64,000 nt of DNA from an uncultured archaeon (GTDB taxonomy: Archaea; Thermoplasmatota; Penumbrarchaeia; JASLWR01). The notes under the pieces are model-generated. The model saw only the letters and a list, made by a program, of their open reading frames with translations. It was not told the DNA's origin and made no database searches. Both the position numbers and the translations under genes were made by a program. Below are positions 1 to 10,600 of this stretch, piece by piece. The stretch is from NCBI GenBank assembly GCA_964342815.1, contig CAYFHS010000001.1, forward strand, positions 32,001 through 96,000. The letters run 5' to 3'. Positions within the stretch are counted from its first letter, which is position 1. Every line of letters starts with the position of its first letter.

Positions 1-3000
1 CTTCGGTTCTTCCTTGGACTGCCCCGTGACCTTCAGCTGCGGTAGTGTGACCTTGGGAGCCGGAGTGAGCGGTTTGTGATGGTATGACTGCTGCTTTGTC
101 GGTAAATTATAGCTTAGCCGACCCACGAAAGATGCACTTTGAGGTTGAGGGCTTGATATGGAAAGCATGTCGAGATCGGCTTTTGTTATTCCGCCTCTTG
201 GCCTTGCCTCGATCTCCGCTTCGATGACTTCGCTTTCATCCTCTTTTTTCTTCTTCGATCTCAGCACCAGGAATATCAGGATGGCGATGATAGCTATGAA
301 GAGAATAACGGCGATGATATACAGGGTCCAGCTTTTTGACCTGTTATCGGGGGTGACAGATGTTTCTCCTTCCACCACTTTCACTTTGATTGAAGCAATT
401 GTTTCCTCCTCAGAGTAGCTCGCCCTGATTGTGAGATCGTACGTCTTCAATTCGAGCTTCGATTCAGCAAATATTTTCACGCTGATGGATTTCTCCTCAC
501 CGATTTCCAGTTCAACCACATTATCCTTGCTGACGTGTTCTTTCAATTCACCCATTACCTCAAGGTCGATCTTTTCTCTCATATTTCCAACGTTTATGAA
601 GGTCAGATTTACTGTAACGGAAGCACCCTGTGACACTTCTATTGAATCGGCATTGAAGCTAATCTCCACTTTATGAATGGGAACAAAATCCAACTGGATA
701 ACAAAATGCCATATGTCGCTCTCAAAAATACCTGAAATTCCATTTAATTCCGCTGATATTTTCCAATAATACGTTTTATTGTCGCTGAGTTCTCCGATGC
801 GGAGAAATTTATTTTCAATCTCCTTTTCCCAAAGAGTCATATTTTGCAATGAATCACCAAGATACAAACGGTACGTACCGTACCCTTCATGACCTTGCAG
901 GATCCAAGACAGATTAACCGAATCGTTACTGATAATTGTTCCATTTTGTGGTGATTGAAGTAATATGGTTATTTTCGGGCGCTCCGAAGAATTTATTATT
1001 TCGGTGGTAATGTTCTTGTAGGCTTCTCCACCATCGTTATCCGTTACCCTGAACCGGATCTTACCAAGGCCGCTCTTTTCTGGAGAGACCGGCCATATCT
1101 CAAGGGCGGTTCTATTCTTCATATATGCATCGAAAAGAGATAACGGGGAATATTCAATTACTTCCCATGTTAGATCAACGGCTTTGTCTTCAAGATCGTT
1201 GGCATGATTGGAAAGATCGATTATCATTTTTCCATCGTTATAAACCGACAAGTCGGTGAAATTAATTTCTATGGAAGGTAGGTTGTTCTTAACAGTAATT
1301 GTATCGTTGAAATAGTACCAGATGCTGGATTTATTTTGCCGGTCTGAAGCCTTTACCCGAAAGGAATGCTTTCCTATTTCCATATCGAATCCCGGAGTGT
1401 ATGTGGCAGTGAAATTGTCACCGAGAAAATCATACCAGCTTTCAAGAGATTTCCAGGAAGATAGTGTAGAGCTTGCTTCAACCAAGGGGACATTGATATC
1501 GGTTCCGTTTTCCGGATCGGAGGCTTCAATATACAAATAAAGGTTCTGACCGCGGAAGACCTCTTTCGTTGATAAGTCGAAACCGATAATGGCCGGAGGA
1601 TCGTTTACGTCGATGATTCTTAGAACAAATTCCGTAAAGTCATGCCCTCCGTTGCCGTCATCTACTGAAATATTGATAGTGTATGAACCAACGTCTTCAT
1701 TTTCCGGGATCCCATTCAGAACTCCCGTTGAAGTATTGAAATTCAGCCAAACAGCATCGGTGGTCATCTGCCAGATGATTTCACCCTGGTCATCATCGGT
1801 GGAATTGTAGTCAACGTAATACAATTGATCTTGTCTTGCGGATATTTTATTTTCGGTGCTTATTTCTGGCGGGCTATTGTTGACCACGACGGTAAAATTA
1901 ATGAAATCGGAATAAATACCCCCCTGTACTCGTAGTTTTGCCCAATAAGTGCCCACGTGCAGGTTTGACGGAATGCCTGTTATGTTATTGTTCACATCGT
2001 CCCAGTAAAGCCATGATGAATTTCCAGTCAAAGTCCAGGCATCCGGATCAACCCCAAGGGTGGAAAAATGATACGAAAATAATTCATCTTCATTGACATA
2101 TTTTATTGAAGGTCTTTGCTCGAGTCTAATACCCAATCCTACACTGAGATTCACAAGTTTTGTCAGATCAGTCCGAGAGGATATTTCTACCCATCCTCCC
2201 AGAGATGCATTGATCCATTTATATCTAGTGTTCGTCCGGTTGGCGATTGTAATATTTCCACGATATTTACCAGTATTCGGACCTGTTTCGTGTAGCCTGA
2301 GCTCAAATCCTTTGGCCGGATTGGAACTGCCCTTGATGTTGGTTAAAGCGATATTTGCTCGCGTGGGATCGGCATCGGGAGCTTCCAGTTCGAGATAAAC
2401 TTTTTTGCCTGATTCCGCAGAAAAGGTTTGAAGGGTGAAGTCCGGATCGGAAAATGCTTTTATTGAGGTGATGGATGCGGGAGGGGTGTTGTGGTCAGGG
2501 AAGCTAAGATATGTTTGACCAGCCCAATCCCCTCCTCCCTCCCCGTTACCCGGAGCTCCAATTAAAATATCATCATATCCGTCGCCATTAATATCACCCC
2601 CTCCCATGAGGGATTGACCTGCACAATCATTATTATACTCACCTAGAAATGATGCTTCTGCTGTAGAAAGATCTTGATCCATCGACCAGCCATTATTCTT
2701 CCCCAAAATTATGTAAACTTGACCTCCTTTTGTTCCTGAACCTGAAGGATTAGCGTAAGCTCCTATGATAATATCATCAAAACCATCTCCATTAACATCA
2801 CCACCGCCTGATATGTAATCTCCAGAGCTATCATACTTGTCCTCACCGATAAAGGATGCATTTGCTCCAACAAGATCAGTGTCCCTATTCCACCCTGAGG
2901 GTTTGCCAAAAATCAAATATGTCTGACCAGCTGATAAATCTCCCTCCTCATCAAAGCTGGCTCCTATCACGATATCGTCATACATGTCACCGTTAACATC

Positions 3001-3981
3001 CCCTGCACCCGCAACACTTATTCCCGCCCTATCACTATCATCTTCACCCCAAAATGAGGCTCCGGCAGTTGAAAGATGATTTTGCCAAGACCATCCCCTT
3101 TTTTTCCCAAAAATAAGATAAACTTGACCCGCAGCCATGTCTTTTTCATCATTATAAGGAGCTCCAATTAAAAAATCGTCGAAGTTGTCTCCGTTAACAT
3201 CCCCAGCACCAGCTACAGACCCTCCCGCAAAATCACCGGCCCATTCACCAATAAAATATGCATCTGCAAATAATAGACTTGTGTTTCTTCGATTCCTCCA
3301 TCCTGAGGCCTTCCCGAATATCAAATAAGTTTTACCTGGGCGGTCACGTTGATAATCTCGCCCGGGTGCACCTATTAAAATGTCATCATAACCGTCACCA
3401 TTTACATCCCCTGCGCAAGATAAAGAAGCACCTGCAAAATCATATTCATTTTCCCCAATGAAAGAAGCATTTGCCGAATACAATGGAGTATTCTTAGACC
3501 AACCCCCCTTTTTTCCAAAAATCAAGTAAATTTTACCTGCTGCTTTACTAGGGAGGTTATGCCCTATTGCTTGAATTAAAATGTCATCATAACCATCTCC
3601 ATTCACGTCTCCGGCCCCAGAAACAGTGTTTCCAGAAAATTCCCTTTCTACCCCGATGAAATTTGCATCGGCATCTGATAGGGATGTATCTCTCGCCCAT
3701 CCAGATTTTTTTCCAAATATCAAGTATGTCTTGCCTGCGCTGGTACTTGCATCGGAATTATCTCTCCCCCCTATTAACAAATCGTCGTACCCATCTCCAT
3801 TTACGTCACCTGCAATAGCAACAGATAATCCCGAAGTATCCCTCTCCCCACCTATGAAAGAAGCATCCACATTCGCTAAACCGGTATTCGGTCCCACATC
3901 CAACGCATCCGTTGGTACAAGTACGATATAGGTTGTTGTTATTAAAATTGTGATCATCAACAATACGTGACATTTATCCAT
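1..3981 (-). CDS. Secreted FG-GAP (integrin-alpha-like) repeat surface protein with cadherin/Ig-like stalk and C-terminal TM anchor; 3' end runs off the window
   Basis: Not in the ORF track because no stop lies inside the window. Read manually from ATG at 3981 (GGTG SD upstream): MDKCHVLLMITILITTTYIVLVPTDA signal peptide, seven GD(V/I)NGDxxDDxxI repeats, Ig/cadherin-like DDG motifs, TM WTLYIIAVILFIAIIAILIFLVL followed by RSKKKK. The + strand ORFs in 158-3931 are its antisense shadows. Confidence 0.88.
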   Translation of the reverse strand, partial: MDKCHVLLMITILITTTYIVLVPTDALDVGPNTGLANVDASFIGGERDTSGLSVAIAGDVNGDGYDDLLIGGRDNSDASTSAGKTYLIFGKKSGWARDTSLSDADANFIGVEREFSGNTVSGAGDVNGDGYDDILIQAIGHNLPSKAAGKIYLIFGKKGGWSKNTPLYSANASFIGENEYDFAGASLSCAGDVNGDGYDDILIGAPGRDYQRDRPGKTYLIFGKASGWRNRRNTSLLFADAYFIGEWAGDFAGGSVAGAGDVNGDNFDDFLIGAPYNDEKDMAAGQVYLIFGKKRGWSWQNHLSTAGASFWGEDDSDRAGISVAGAGDVNGDMYDDIVIGASFDEEGDLSAGQTYLIFGKPSGWNRDTDLVGANASFIGEDKYDSSGDYISGGGDVNGDGFDDIIIGAYANPSGSGTKGGQVYIILGKNNGWSMDQDLSTAEASFLGEYNNDCAGQSLMGGGDINGDGYDDILIGAPGNGEGGGDWAGQTYLSFPDHNTPPASITSIKAFSDPDFTLQTFSAESGKKVYLELEAPDADPTRANIALTNIKGSSNPAKGFELRLHETGPNTGKYRGNITIANRTNTRYKWINASLGGWVEISSRTDLTKLVNLSVGLGIRLEQRPSIKYVNEDELFSYHFSTLGVDPDAWTLTGNSSWLYWDDVNNNITGIPSNLHVGTYWAKLRVQGGIYSDFINFTVVVNNSPPEISTENKISARQDQLYYVDYNSTDDDQGEIIWQMTTDAVWLNFNTSTGVLNGIPENEDVGSYTINISVDDGNGGHDFTEFVLRIIDVNDPPAIIGFDLSTKEVFRGQNLYLYIEASDPENGTDINVPLVEASSTLSSWKSLESWYDFLGDNFTATYTPGFDMEIGKHSFRVKASDRQNKSSIWYYFNDTITVKNNLPSIEINFTDLSVYNDGKMIIDLSNHANDLEDKAVDLTWEVIEYSPLSLFDAYMKNRTALEIWPVSPEKSGLGKIRFRVTDNDGGEAYKNITTEIINSSERPKITILLQSPQNGTIISNDSVNLSWILQGHEGYGTYRLYLGDSLQNMTLWEKEIENKFLRIGELSDNKTYYWKISAELNGISGIFESDIWHFVIQLDFVPIHKVEISFNADSIEVSQGASVTVNLTFINVGNMREKIDLEVMGELKEHVSKDNVVELEIGEEKSISVKIFAESKLELKTYDLTIRASYSEEETIASIKVKVVEGETSVTPDNRSKSWTLYIIAVILFIAIIAILIFLVLRSKKKKEDESEVIEAEIEARPRGGITKADLDMLSISSPQPQSASFVGRLSYNLPTKQQSYHHKPLTPAPKVTLPQLKVTGQSKEEPK

Positions 3982-4567
3982 TTTTTACACCAGAGTGAGA
4001 TTGCCTAGGAGCAAATAATATGTGACAATAATACCTCAATACTTATATGGACTTTCCGCTTAGTTTCTGACCGGCCTGAAGATTTTTGTACAATAATTAT
4101 AAACCATCCTTCGACGTGAAAATCTGAGGAAAAATAATAAAATTTCTTATACCAATTCTCTAAAATATCAAAAACTCTCATCAACATCCTTCGATATCAA
4201 CTTGTTCTCGCAAACCTTAAAATCCAATTTCTCTTCCCCGTCCTTACAAATATCCCCTCTCTCTCAAGGTACTCGTTTCTCATGCGTATAAAGTTGATAG
4301 AATCAATGAGCTTCCACTGCGGAGATGGACGCTGTCTCACCTATCAGATACACTTGCATCTTCGGCAGCTGTACCTATGGACATTAGCTGGAGTTCACAG
4401 CTCCTCCAGCCCAGAGAAAATAACTACGATAGTGTCGACAGGAATGGATAAAACGCAAAATCTCTAAACTATATGGAAAAAGAAAAAAAGGTCAATCACA
4501 GCAAACTGCTATTTAGGGAAACCGCTGCAATTGACCATGGTTAAGCAGATCATCACTTATACTGGAT

Positions 4568-6388
4568 TCATTGGCGTTTTCGTTTTATAATAAAAACAAT
4601 GGGGCACCCGATAGCAACCAGGACCAGGGCAATTTCGAAAATTGGAGGGGATATGATCTCCTTTTCTTCATGTTGGATGGAAGATTGAGAGCTCGTCCGA
4701 TTTTTATCGACTTTTATCACCCCAACTAGTATTTCCTCGGGCTCTTCAGACTCGTCGGCCTCATCAGTCTTTATTTCTTCCTCCTCTACCAATAGTTCTT
4801 TTATTTCCGCTTCTTCTTTGTCTTCTTCTGTAACCGCTTCATCGATTTCCTCTACGGGATCAATATCGTCGGGAACTTCTTCGATGCTTTCTTCATCGTC
4901 GCTTTCCGCGGTCACCTCTTCTTCGGTGCTTATTTCAACAATTTCTTCATCGGATTCCGGCTCGTCCACATCAAATTCCTCCATCTCAACCGACTCATCC
5001 TCCAATTCAGGGGTAACTTCGCTGACCTCATCGTCATATATTAGCTCCCCATCCGGCTCACTAACGTCGTCAGTATACGCCTCATCGGTATCGTTGGAGC
5101 CGCCCCCGCCCCAATCTTCATAGCTCTCATTTCCGCTATCGCCACCTCGGGTCACTGACCTCGTTTCATTATTTTCGTTCTTTTCATCCTCCGGATCGTT
5201 ATTGACAACCGGAAGGGCCACACCATCAACTACTCTACCCACAGTGCGTATGATGTCATTGTTGGCCGGCTCGACTCTCCTCCCGGACAGTTCGCTTTTT
5301 ACCACACGAACGAACAGGTTTTCCAAAGTTGTTACTATGAACCCCGGTAAATGTGGTTCACCGTGAGAGTCTCCAATACCAGAATCGTCCGTAAGAAACA
5401 GATAACGTCCATGTGTCAGGCATGCTGCTGTTCTTAATATATATTCGGCAGTATTGCCGGCGCCGCTGGCTACAAGCGGGTGGATGTGTATCCCCTTTTT
5501 CCTTGCTTCATATACATGGTCAAGAGTGTCCTGTAACTTGTCGCTGTGAGGGGGAGCATCGGCGATCAGGAACATCAGTCTTACAGTGTTTCCATCCCGC
5601 CACTGACACTCGGATGCCTTTTCTAGAGCCTGATCCATCGCTTCCGGCAGATCGCCCCCGCCTCCCGCTTCCTGGTCTGAAAGCTGCCCTTGCATAATAT
5701 CGAGAGAGTCCGTGAACTCATATGAGCGGACAACGTATTCATCTCCGGTATCACGGTAGACTACCAAACCATATCTCATGGAGACGCCAGGATATTCTTC
5801 GGAAATATTACCTATAATGGTTTTAAATTCGGTGGTGAGATAAGATAGTTCATCGGACATGCTCCCGGTGGTATCCACCACGAACATCAAATCCAGGGAA
5901 TCCGGAAGTACGGTTTTGTAATCTTCCAGCATGACGTTCATGACCCTGTTATCATTTAGATCATCCAAATTCAGATCGAGGATTACTTCGGAGCTTTCCC
6001 TGTCGGGCGCGGTGACGGTCACCGTGAAATTCACCTCATCACCGGCACTGTCGATTGTGGGAAAGAAGCGGAATATGCCGTTTGATCCCGCGTAGGTTTC
6101 GATGAGGGGAAGCTCCCCGCCTTCGGGAGTGATACTCACATATGCATTACTGACCACGTTCTCATCCGCATCCAGAATGCGAAACGTGACTCGGTCATCA
6201 AGCTGGACTCGGGGCAAAACCTCATCTAAGTCCAGATCCTGCATCGTTCCTAAAAAATTATTAAAAAATCCGAAATTGAGATTGTCATCGACATCTCCGG
6301 CCGTTAGCAGGGCACAGCTTGCATTTCCAAAAGGAAACGCGACTATCAAAAGAAAAATGATCAAACCGCTTATTCTTATATTGTCCAT
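4568..6388 (-). CDS. VWA domain surface protein with long acidic stalk and C-terminal TM anchor
   Basis: MIDAS motif DLMFVVDTTGSM, GGGDLPEA, LIADAPPH; E/D-rich stalk; TM plus KRKRQ. Start moved from 6505 to ATG 6388, which follows a GAGGTG SD and opens with a signal peptide. Confidence 0.85.
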   Translation of the reverse strand: MDNIRISGLIIFLLIVAFPFGNASCALLTAGDVDDNLNFGFFNNFLGTMQDLDLDEVLPRVQLDDRVTFRILDADENVVSNAYVSITPEGGELPLIETYAGSNGIFRFFPTIDSAGDEVNFTVTVTAPDRESSEVILDLNLDDLNDNRVMNVMLEDYKTVLPDSLDLMFVVDTTGSMSDELSYLTTEFKTIIGNISEEYPGVSMRYGLVVYRDTGDEYVVRSYEFTDSLDIMQGQLSDQEAGGGGDLPEAMDQALEKASECQWRDGNTVRLMFLIADAPPHSDKLQDTLDHVYEARKKGIHIHPLVASGAGNTAEYILRTAACLTHGRYLFLTDDSGIGDSHGEPHLPGFIVTTLENLFVRVVKSELSGRRVEPANNDIIRTVGRVVDGVALPVVNNDPEDEKNENNETRSVTRGGDSGNESYEDWGGGGSNDTDEAYTDDVSEPDGELIYDDEVSEVTPELEDESVEMEEFDVDEPESDEEIVEISTEEEVTAESDDEESIEEVPDDIDPVEEIDEAVTEEDKEEAEIKELLVEEEEIKTDEADESEEPEEILVGVIKVDKNRTSSQSSIQHEEKEIISPPIFEIALVLVAIGCPIVFIIKRKRQ

Positions 6389-6625
6389 TTTTTTCACCTC
6401 GTTTTTTAGCTCGGAGGGAAACCCGATATTGATAACAATGTCGGGTAATACCCCTCTCAGTCTAATTATGTCGAGGGAATCGGGTAAATATAAGAAGATT
6501 GGCACAATAACTTCCAGCCCCGGAGGGATTATATGAACAGATCGTAAAAACTAATTTATAATGAATTATAACACGGATCACCCATCCTCTCGGACCTCTA
6601 CTGGTTCCACCAACCCAACCAATAT

Positions 6626-7261
6626 CTATTGAATATAAACCAGATCCGGTTCCTTCGCCCCTTCCTTCTCTTTGATGGTGTCCATGATCTTCTTCATGAA
6701 CTCTTCGGCATAAACTTTCTCCATTCCCACCCGCTGGATCAGAAATTTTAAAATGTCGTCTTTGGAATCCCCGCCTTTTACCTTGTCGGAAACCATCTGT
6801 GCGGTGCGCTCGAGCATGGCCGTGGACAGCTCTTTGGTAAGACCAAGGGCCTCCACCACGTGGTGTGCACCGAAGGAAATGGCGGTGATGGCCTCGTTGA
6901 ATTCTGTTTTGTTAAGGCTCGTAAGTGACAGGTCCACGATAAGTACGACCCTCTGTTCTTCGCCTACCAGGCCGGTCTTCATCAGGTTGAGGTTCGTGTT
7001 CATGTAAAGCAGTTTCTTGTAAGCCCGCATCCTCATCTCCACCTCGATGGTATCAGTGGGTATTGCTGTATCCATGTAGATGTTCGCGAACTCTTCGGAG
7101 ACGTGGATCACTATGGGGAACGGTATCTTCGGGTGTGCCGCTGTAATAATATCTTTTTCCTCCTCCACCTTTACCTCTATATCCCACGGCATGTCGATAA
7201 CCCTGGAGGCTTCCTCTTTTCCCTTCTTCAGCCATCTTGTGAATTTTTCGGTCCATTCCAT
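6626..7261 (-). CDS. Hypothetical protein, possibly YbjN/type III chaperone-like fold
   Basis: Protein-like ORF; start moved to ATG 7261 (GGTGA SD). The central YKKLLYMNTNLNLMKTGL...VVLIVDLSLTSL segment resembles YbjN-like domains by eye only. Confidence 0.55.
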   Translation of the reverse strand: MEWTEKFTRWLKKGKEEASRVIDMPWDIEVKVEEEKDIITAAHPKIPFPIVIHVSEEFANIYMDTAIPTDTIEVEMRMRAYKKLLYMNTNLNLMKTGLVGEEQRVVLIVDLSLTSLNKTEFNEAITAISFGAHHVVEALGLTKELSTAMLERTAQMVSDKVKGGDSKDDILKFLIQRVGMEKVYAEEFMKKIMDTIKEKEGAKEPDLVYIQ

Positions 7262-7416
7262 CTTTTCACCCGGGCACTTACATGGTTTCATAGTAATTAA
7301 AACCAAGTCTTTGAAAGTCACCGAGGAGAAATATGAATCAATCGAAAGATCATCCAGAGTTATTTTTATGTGATCCAGGATAATATCTCTTCACCCATAA
7401 CTCTTCTATCCAAAGA

Positions 7417-7557
7417 GGACCGCCGACCCCCAGGTAAACGGCGGTCCGAGCCAAAATTAATGTCAAGAAACAGTGAATGGGTCGGCGGGAGCCGACCACT
7501 TTTGTGAACCTTTTTTTTATAAGGGCCTGCGTTGGCCCCAGTGGCCGCAGGCCCTTA
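7417..7557. other. Cluster of three GC-rich hairpins with a mutually exclusive alternative pairing and a T8 run
   Basis: Stems 7417-7425/7439-7447 (9 bp), 7480-7486/7491-7497 (7 bp), 7520-7531/7546-7557 (12 bp); 7420-7429 is also the exact complement of 7479-7488; T8 at 7511-7518. Confidence 0.6.
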
Positions 7558-7606
7558 CAAGATGGAAGAGAGAGACTAATAATAATCAGTAGAACCTATC
7601 ATCTCT

Positions 7607-10600
7607 CTAGTCCGGTTCACCCCATTCCACTTCCGTCTTTACACCGTCATCTTTATTCTCCGGACCACCGTAAACATCTTCATAGGCCTTTTTCCGCTCG
7701 GCCTCTTTCTCCTCCTCGGTCATCTCCACCTCCTCATCTCCCGCCGTGGCGGCTTTTTTCTTTGCTCTCATGAACAGGAAAAGAATTATTCCCCCAATGA
7801 CCGCCAGCAAAACTAAAATTACTATAACTATCAGTACGGCATTGCTCTTTTCCTTTTCTTTCCACATTTCCGAATCCCTGGGATAAGCATCCGACTCGTT
7901 CGGTACGCCGTCGCCGTCCATGTCCCCGTCGTCGCTGTCCTGAATGCCGTCGCCGTCAAGGTCGCGTATGAACACGGTGAAATTCTTCTCGCGGCTTCCC
8001 AGGTCTCCCGAATCATCCCTTACAGTGAGGTTCAGCGTGTAGTTTCCCGGCACCGTGAAAACATAACTGAACCGCTCACCGTGGTAGGATAGATTATCGT
8101 TACTGTTATTTCCCTTCAATTTCCAAGTGTAGTTAATGACCGATCCATCCGGATCAGTAGAAATTGACCCGTCGAACACTGCAGTTTCGTTCACGTAAAT
8201 CTCCGGAACGGCAAAGTCCGCAACTGGATAATCGGTATGAACGTATATCACAAAAGAGGTCCAGTTGGCGTCGCCATTATCGTCGGTAACAGTGAAATTC
8301 ACCTTGAACCTCCCTGCCCTGTTGTACGCGTGCCGCTCGTTTGCTTTCTCGGAAAACGTTCCGTCGCCGAAATCCCACAGATAGCTCAGCTGTTCCATTT
8401 CGTCGTCCACGTCATGGGTCCCTGTGGAAGTGAATGTGATCTCATCCCCCGGTGACGCCTCAAAAGTGCTGGCGGTTGCACGCACCTCGGGCGGGATATT
8501 GTTGACCTTGATGTGCTTCCACGTACTGACCTCGCGGGGTTCGTAGCCGAAACCGATGGTAAGTGAAATATTATGCGTACCGTCGTCCGAAAAACGCCAG
8601 ATGATCTGCTCACCCTTCCGCTCCTGTCCCCCGGGAAGCACCCAGTTGTAATCGTTCACCGCATCCATTGGATCGAAGAGGATCGGATAGAGAAGATAAT
8701 CGGTGGTGATATTTCCTTTGATGGGCCAAAAGCCGATCTCAACCGTGGGCTTCGGTAGTCCGATAAGAATATTCCGGGAAACGGTAACGTTGAATCCCGA
8801 ATCGTCAGTGACCGTAAGGTTTAGCTGATAACTTTTCTGCACGGTGTATATGTGTTTGACCAATGGTCCTGTAAGTATGAATCCGTCGCCCATGTCCCAG
8901 CTGTAATTCGTTATATTGCCGTCGGGATCATGGCTGCCCCTGCCGTCGAACTCCACCTCTTTGTGACTTTCCGCAGTTTCCGGTGCCGCAATAACTGCAA
9001 CTGGAGGAGCGTTCACGTGCACTTCCACCGAAAGAATGTTATCAGCCAGATTATCATCGATGACTTCAATTGGCAGCTCAAGCGATATGCGAATAATATG
9101 ATCCCCTGAAGCCAACGAGAGTGACTCCAAGGTGATTATTTTTTCACCGGGAGGAAGATACACACCTTCTTGTAGGATAACGTATCCCCCGTTGTCCGCC
9201 GTTACATCAACCATCACGGGACCTATTTCCACGTCACCCCTGTTGAGCACCCCGAACTCTAATCCCATCTCTTCACCCTCGGTAAGCAGTTCCGGGGTAA
9301 TCCTAAAACTATTGGCAGGTAAAGCTGCATCCGAGTAGATCACAGGTGCATACCAGATTCTCACCTCGCTGATGCAGGGGCTGATGGCCCTATCTATTTC
9401 ACTGGCCTGCAGTCCCACCCTTAACTGCAAGAAACGCTCTGGAAGCCATTGTCCCGAAAAACTGAAAACCGTTTCGTTATCTCTCGGAACGTCCCGCCAT
9501 TCCCCCCATGAGGTTCCGTTCTCCCACATTCTCATATTGACGGATACCTTGAATTCCTCGTAGAGCGGCCAATCTCCAAGCACCTCCACGTTCCACTTTC
9601 CAACGGGAACGGGTCCGAGATCCAACAGCTCGAAGCTTACGTTCCCTGACAATGTCCGGTTTGCGGAGCGGAGAGTTATATTGTCCACCAGAAGTGAATA
9701 ATGTTGAAAGGGAACCTCGAGCTCACTGTTCCGAATAAATATACGCAGGTGATTAAGATCGCTTATCCCCAGCTTCCCGATGTCTATAATAACATGATGC
9801 CATCTACCCGGCAGCGTTCCCGTTACGGAATATCGTCCGATCTCGTCATTCCAGCTTTCTCCATTATGGTCCAGCTCAATCTCAAAATTATATAGACTTA
9901 TATCTACTGGTCTGCAGTCGAATTCCAGTACTCCGAAATCGCTCCAATCCGTCAAGGTGAATGACCCATACTCTATACTGCCATAAGCTAACAGCGAAAC
10001 ATTTTCGTCGCTTCGCCAGAAACTGAGATTCAGCGCACCGATCCCCTCAACGTGCCCACCGTACGAGGTCTCAACCTCTACGGTGGAATTCACGCCGGAT
10101 TCGTTGTTTGGAATCCACCCGGAAGCACTGTCGCAGCCGGAAAGCAGGATTCCCGGCTCATCCATGGCCAGCTTCAATACTCCGTCACCGGACCAGGTCT
10201 TGGTGAGTCCTTCTAAAGTGGATATGCCGTCGTTCCCGTAATTATTGCCGGAACCGTGGTCATCCCAGGGTCCCGGGCCGCTTTTCGTCCCGTTCAGACC
10301 GTGCTGCCAGACTGAGAGATCATCATTGGCTCCCTCAATGGCTCTGGCAATATACTCCCGTACCCTGTAAAGATAGTCGCCGCTTACATCCATTTCGTTC
10401 ATAATCTCGAAATCGGATGCGGGCTGTATCAGACGGGCAACCGCCTCGGCACTTTCTCTTCCGAACTTCTCGGAATATTTCGTCAGATATTCGTAATCCT
10501 CCAATCCGTCCCGGGTAAGCTCCAGCCTAATGCTGATGATTATGTCGTCGTCAATGCCGATACTGGTGCCGGGGTACAGCATATAACCTTCCCCATCCGA

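Noticed and set aside
158-3931. Several + strand ORFs of 60-100 aa
   Set aside because: They are S/F/I-rich antisense shadows of the long minus-strand FG-GAP gene that the track missed.
4005-4467. Two ~60-aa ORFs and a purine-rich stretch resembling a gene relic
   Set aside because: No SD, no recognisable motif and no consistent frame; not supportable.
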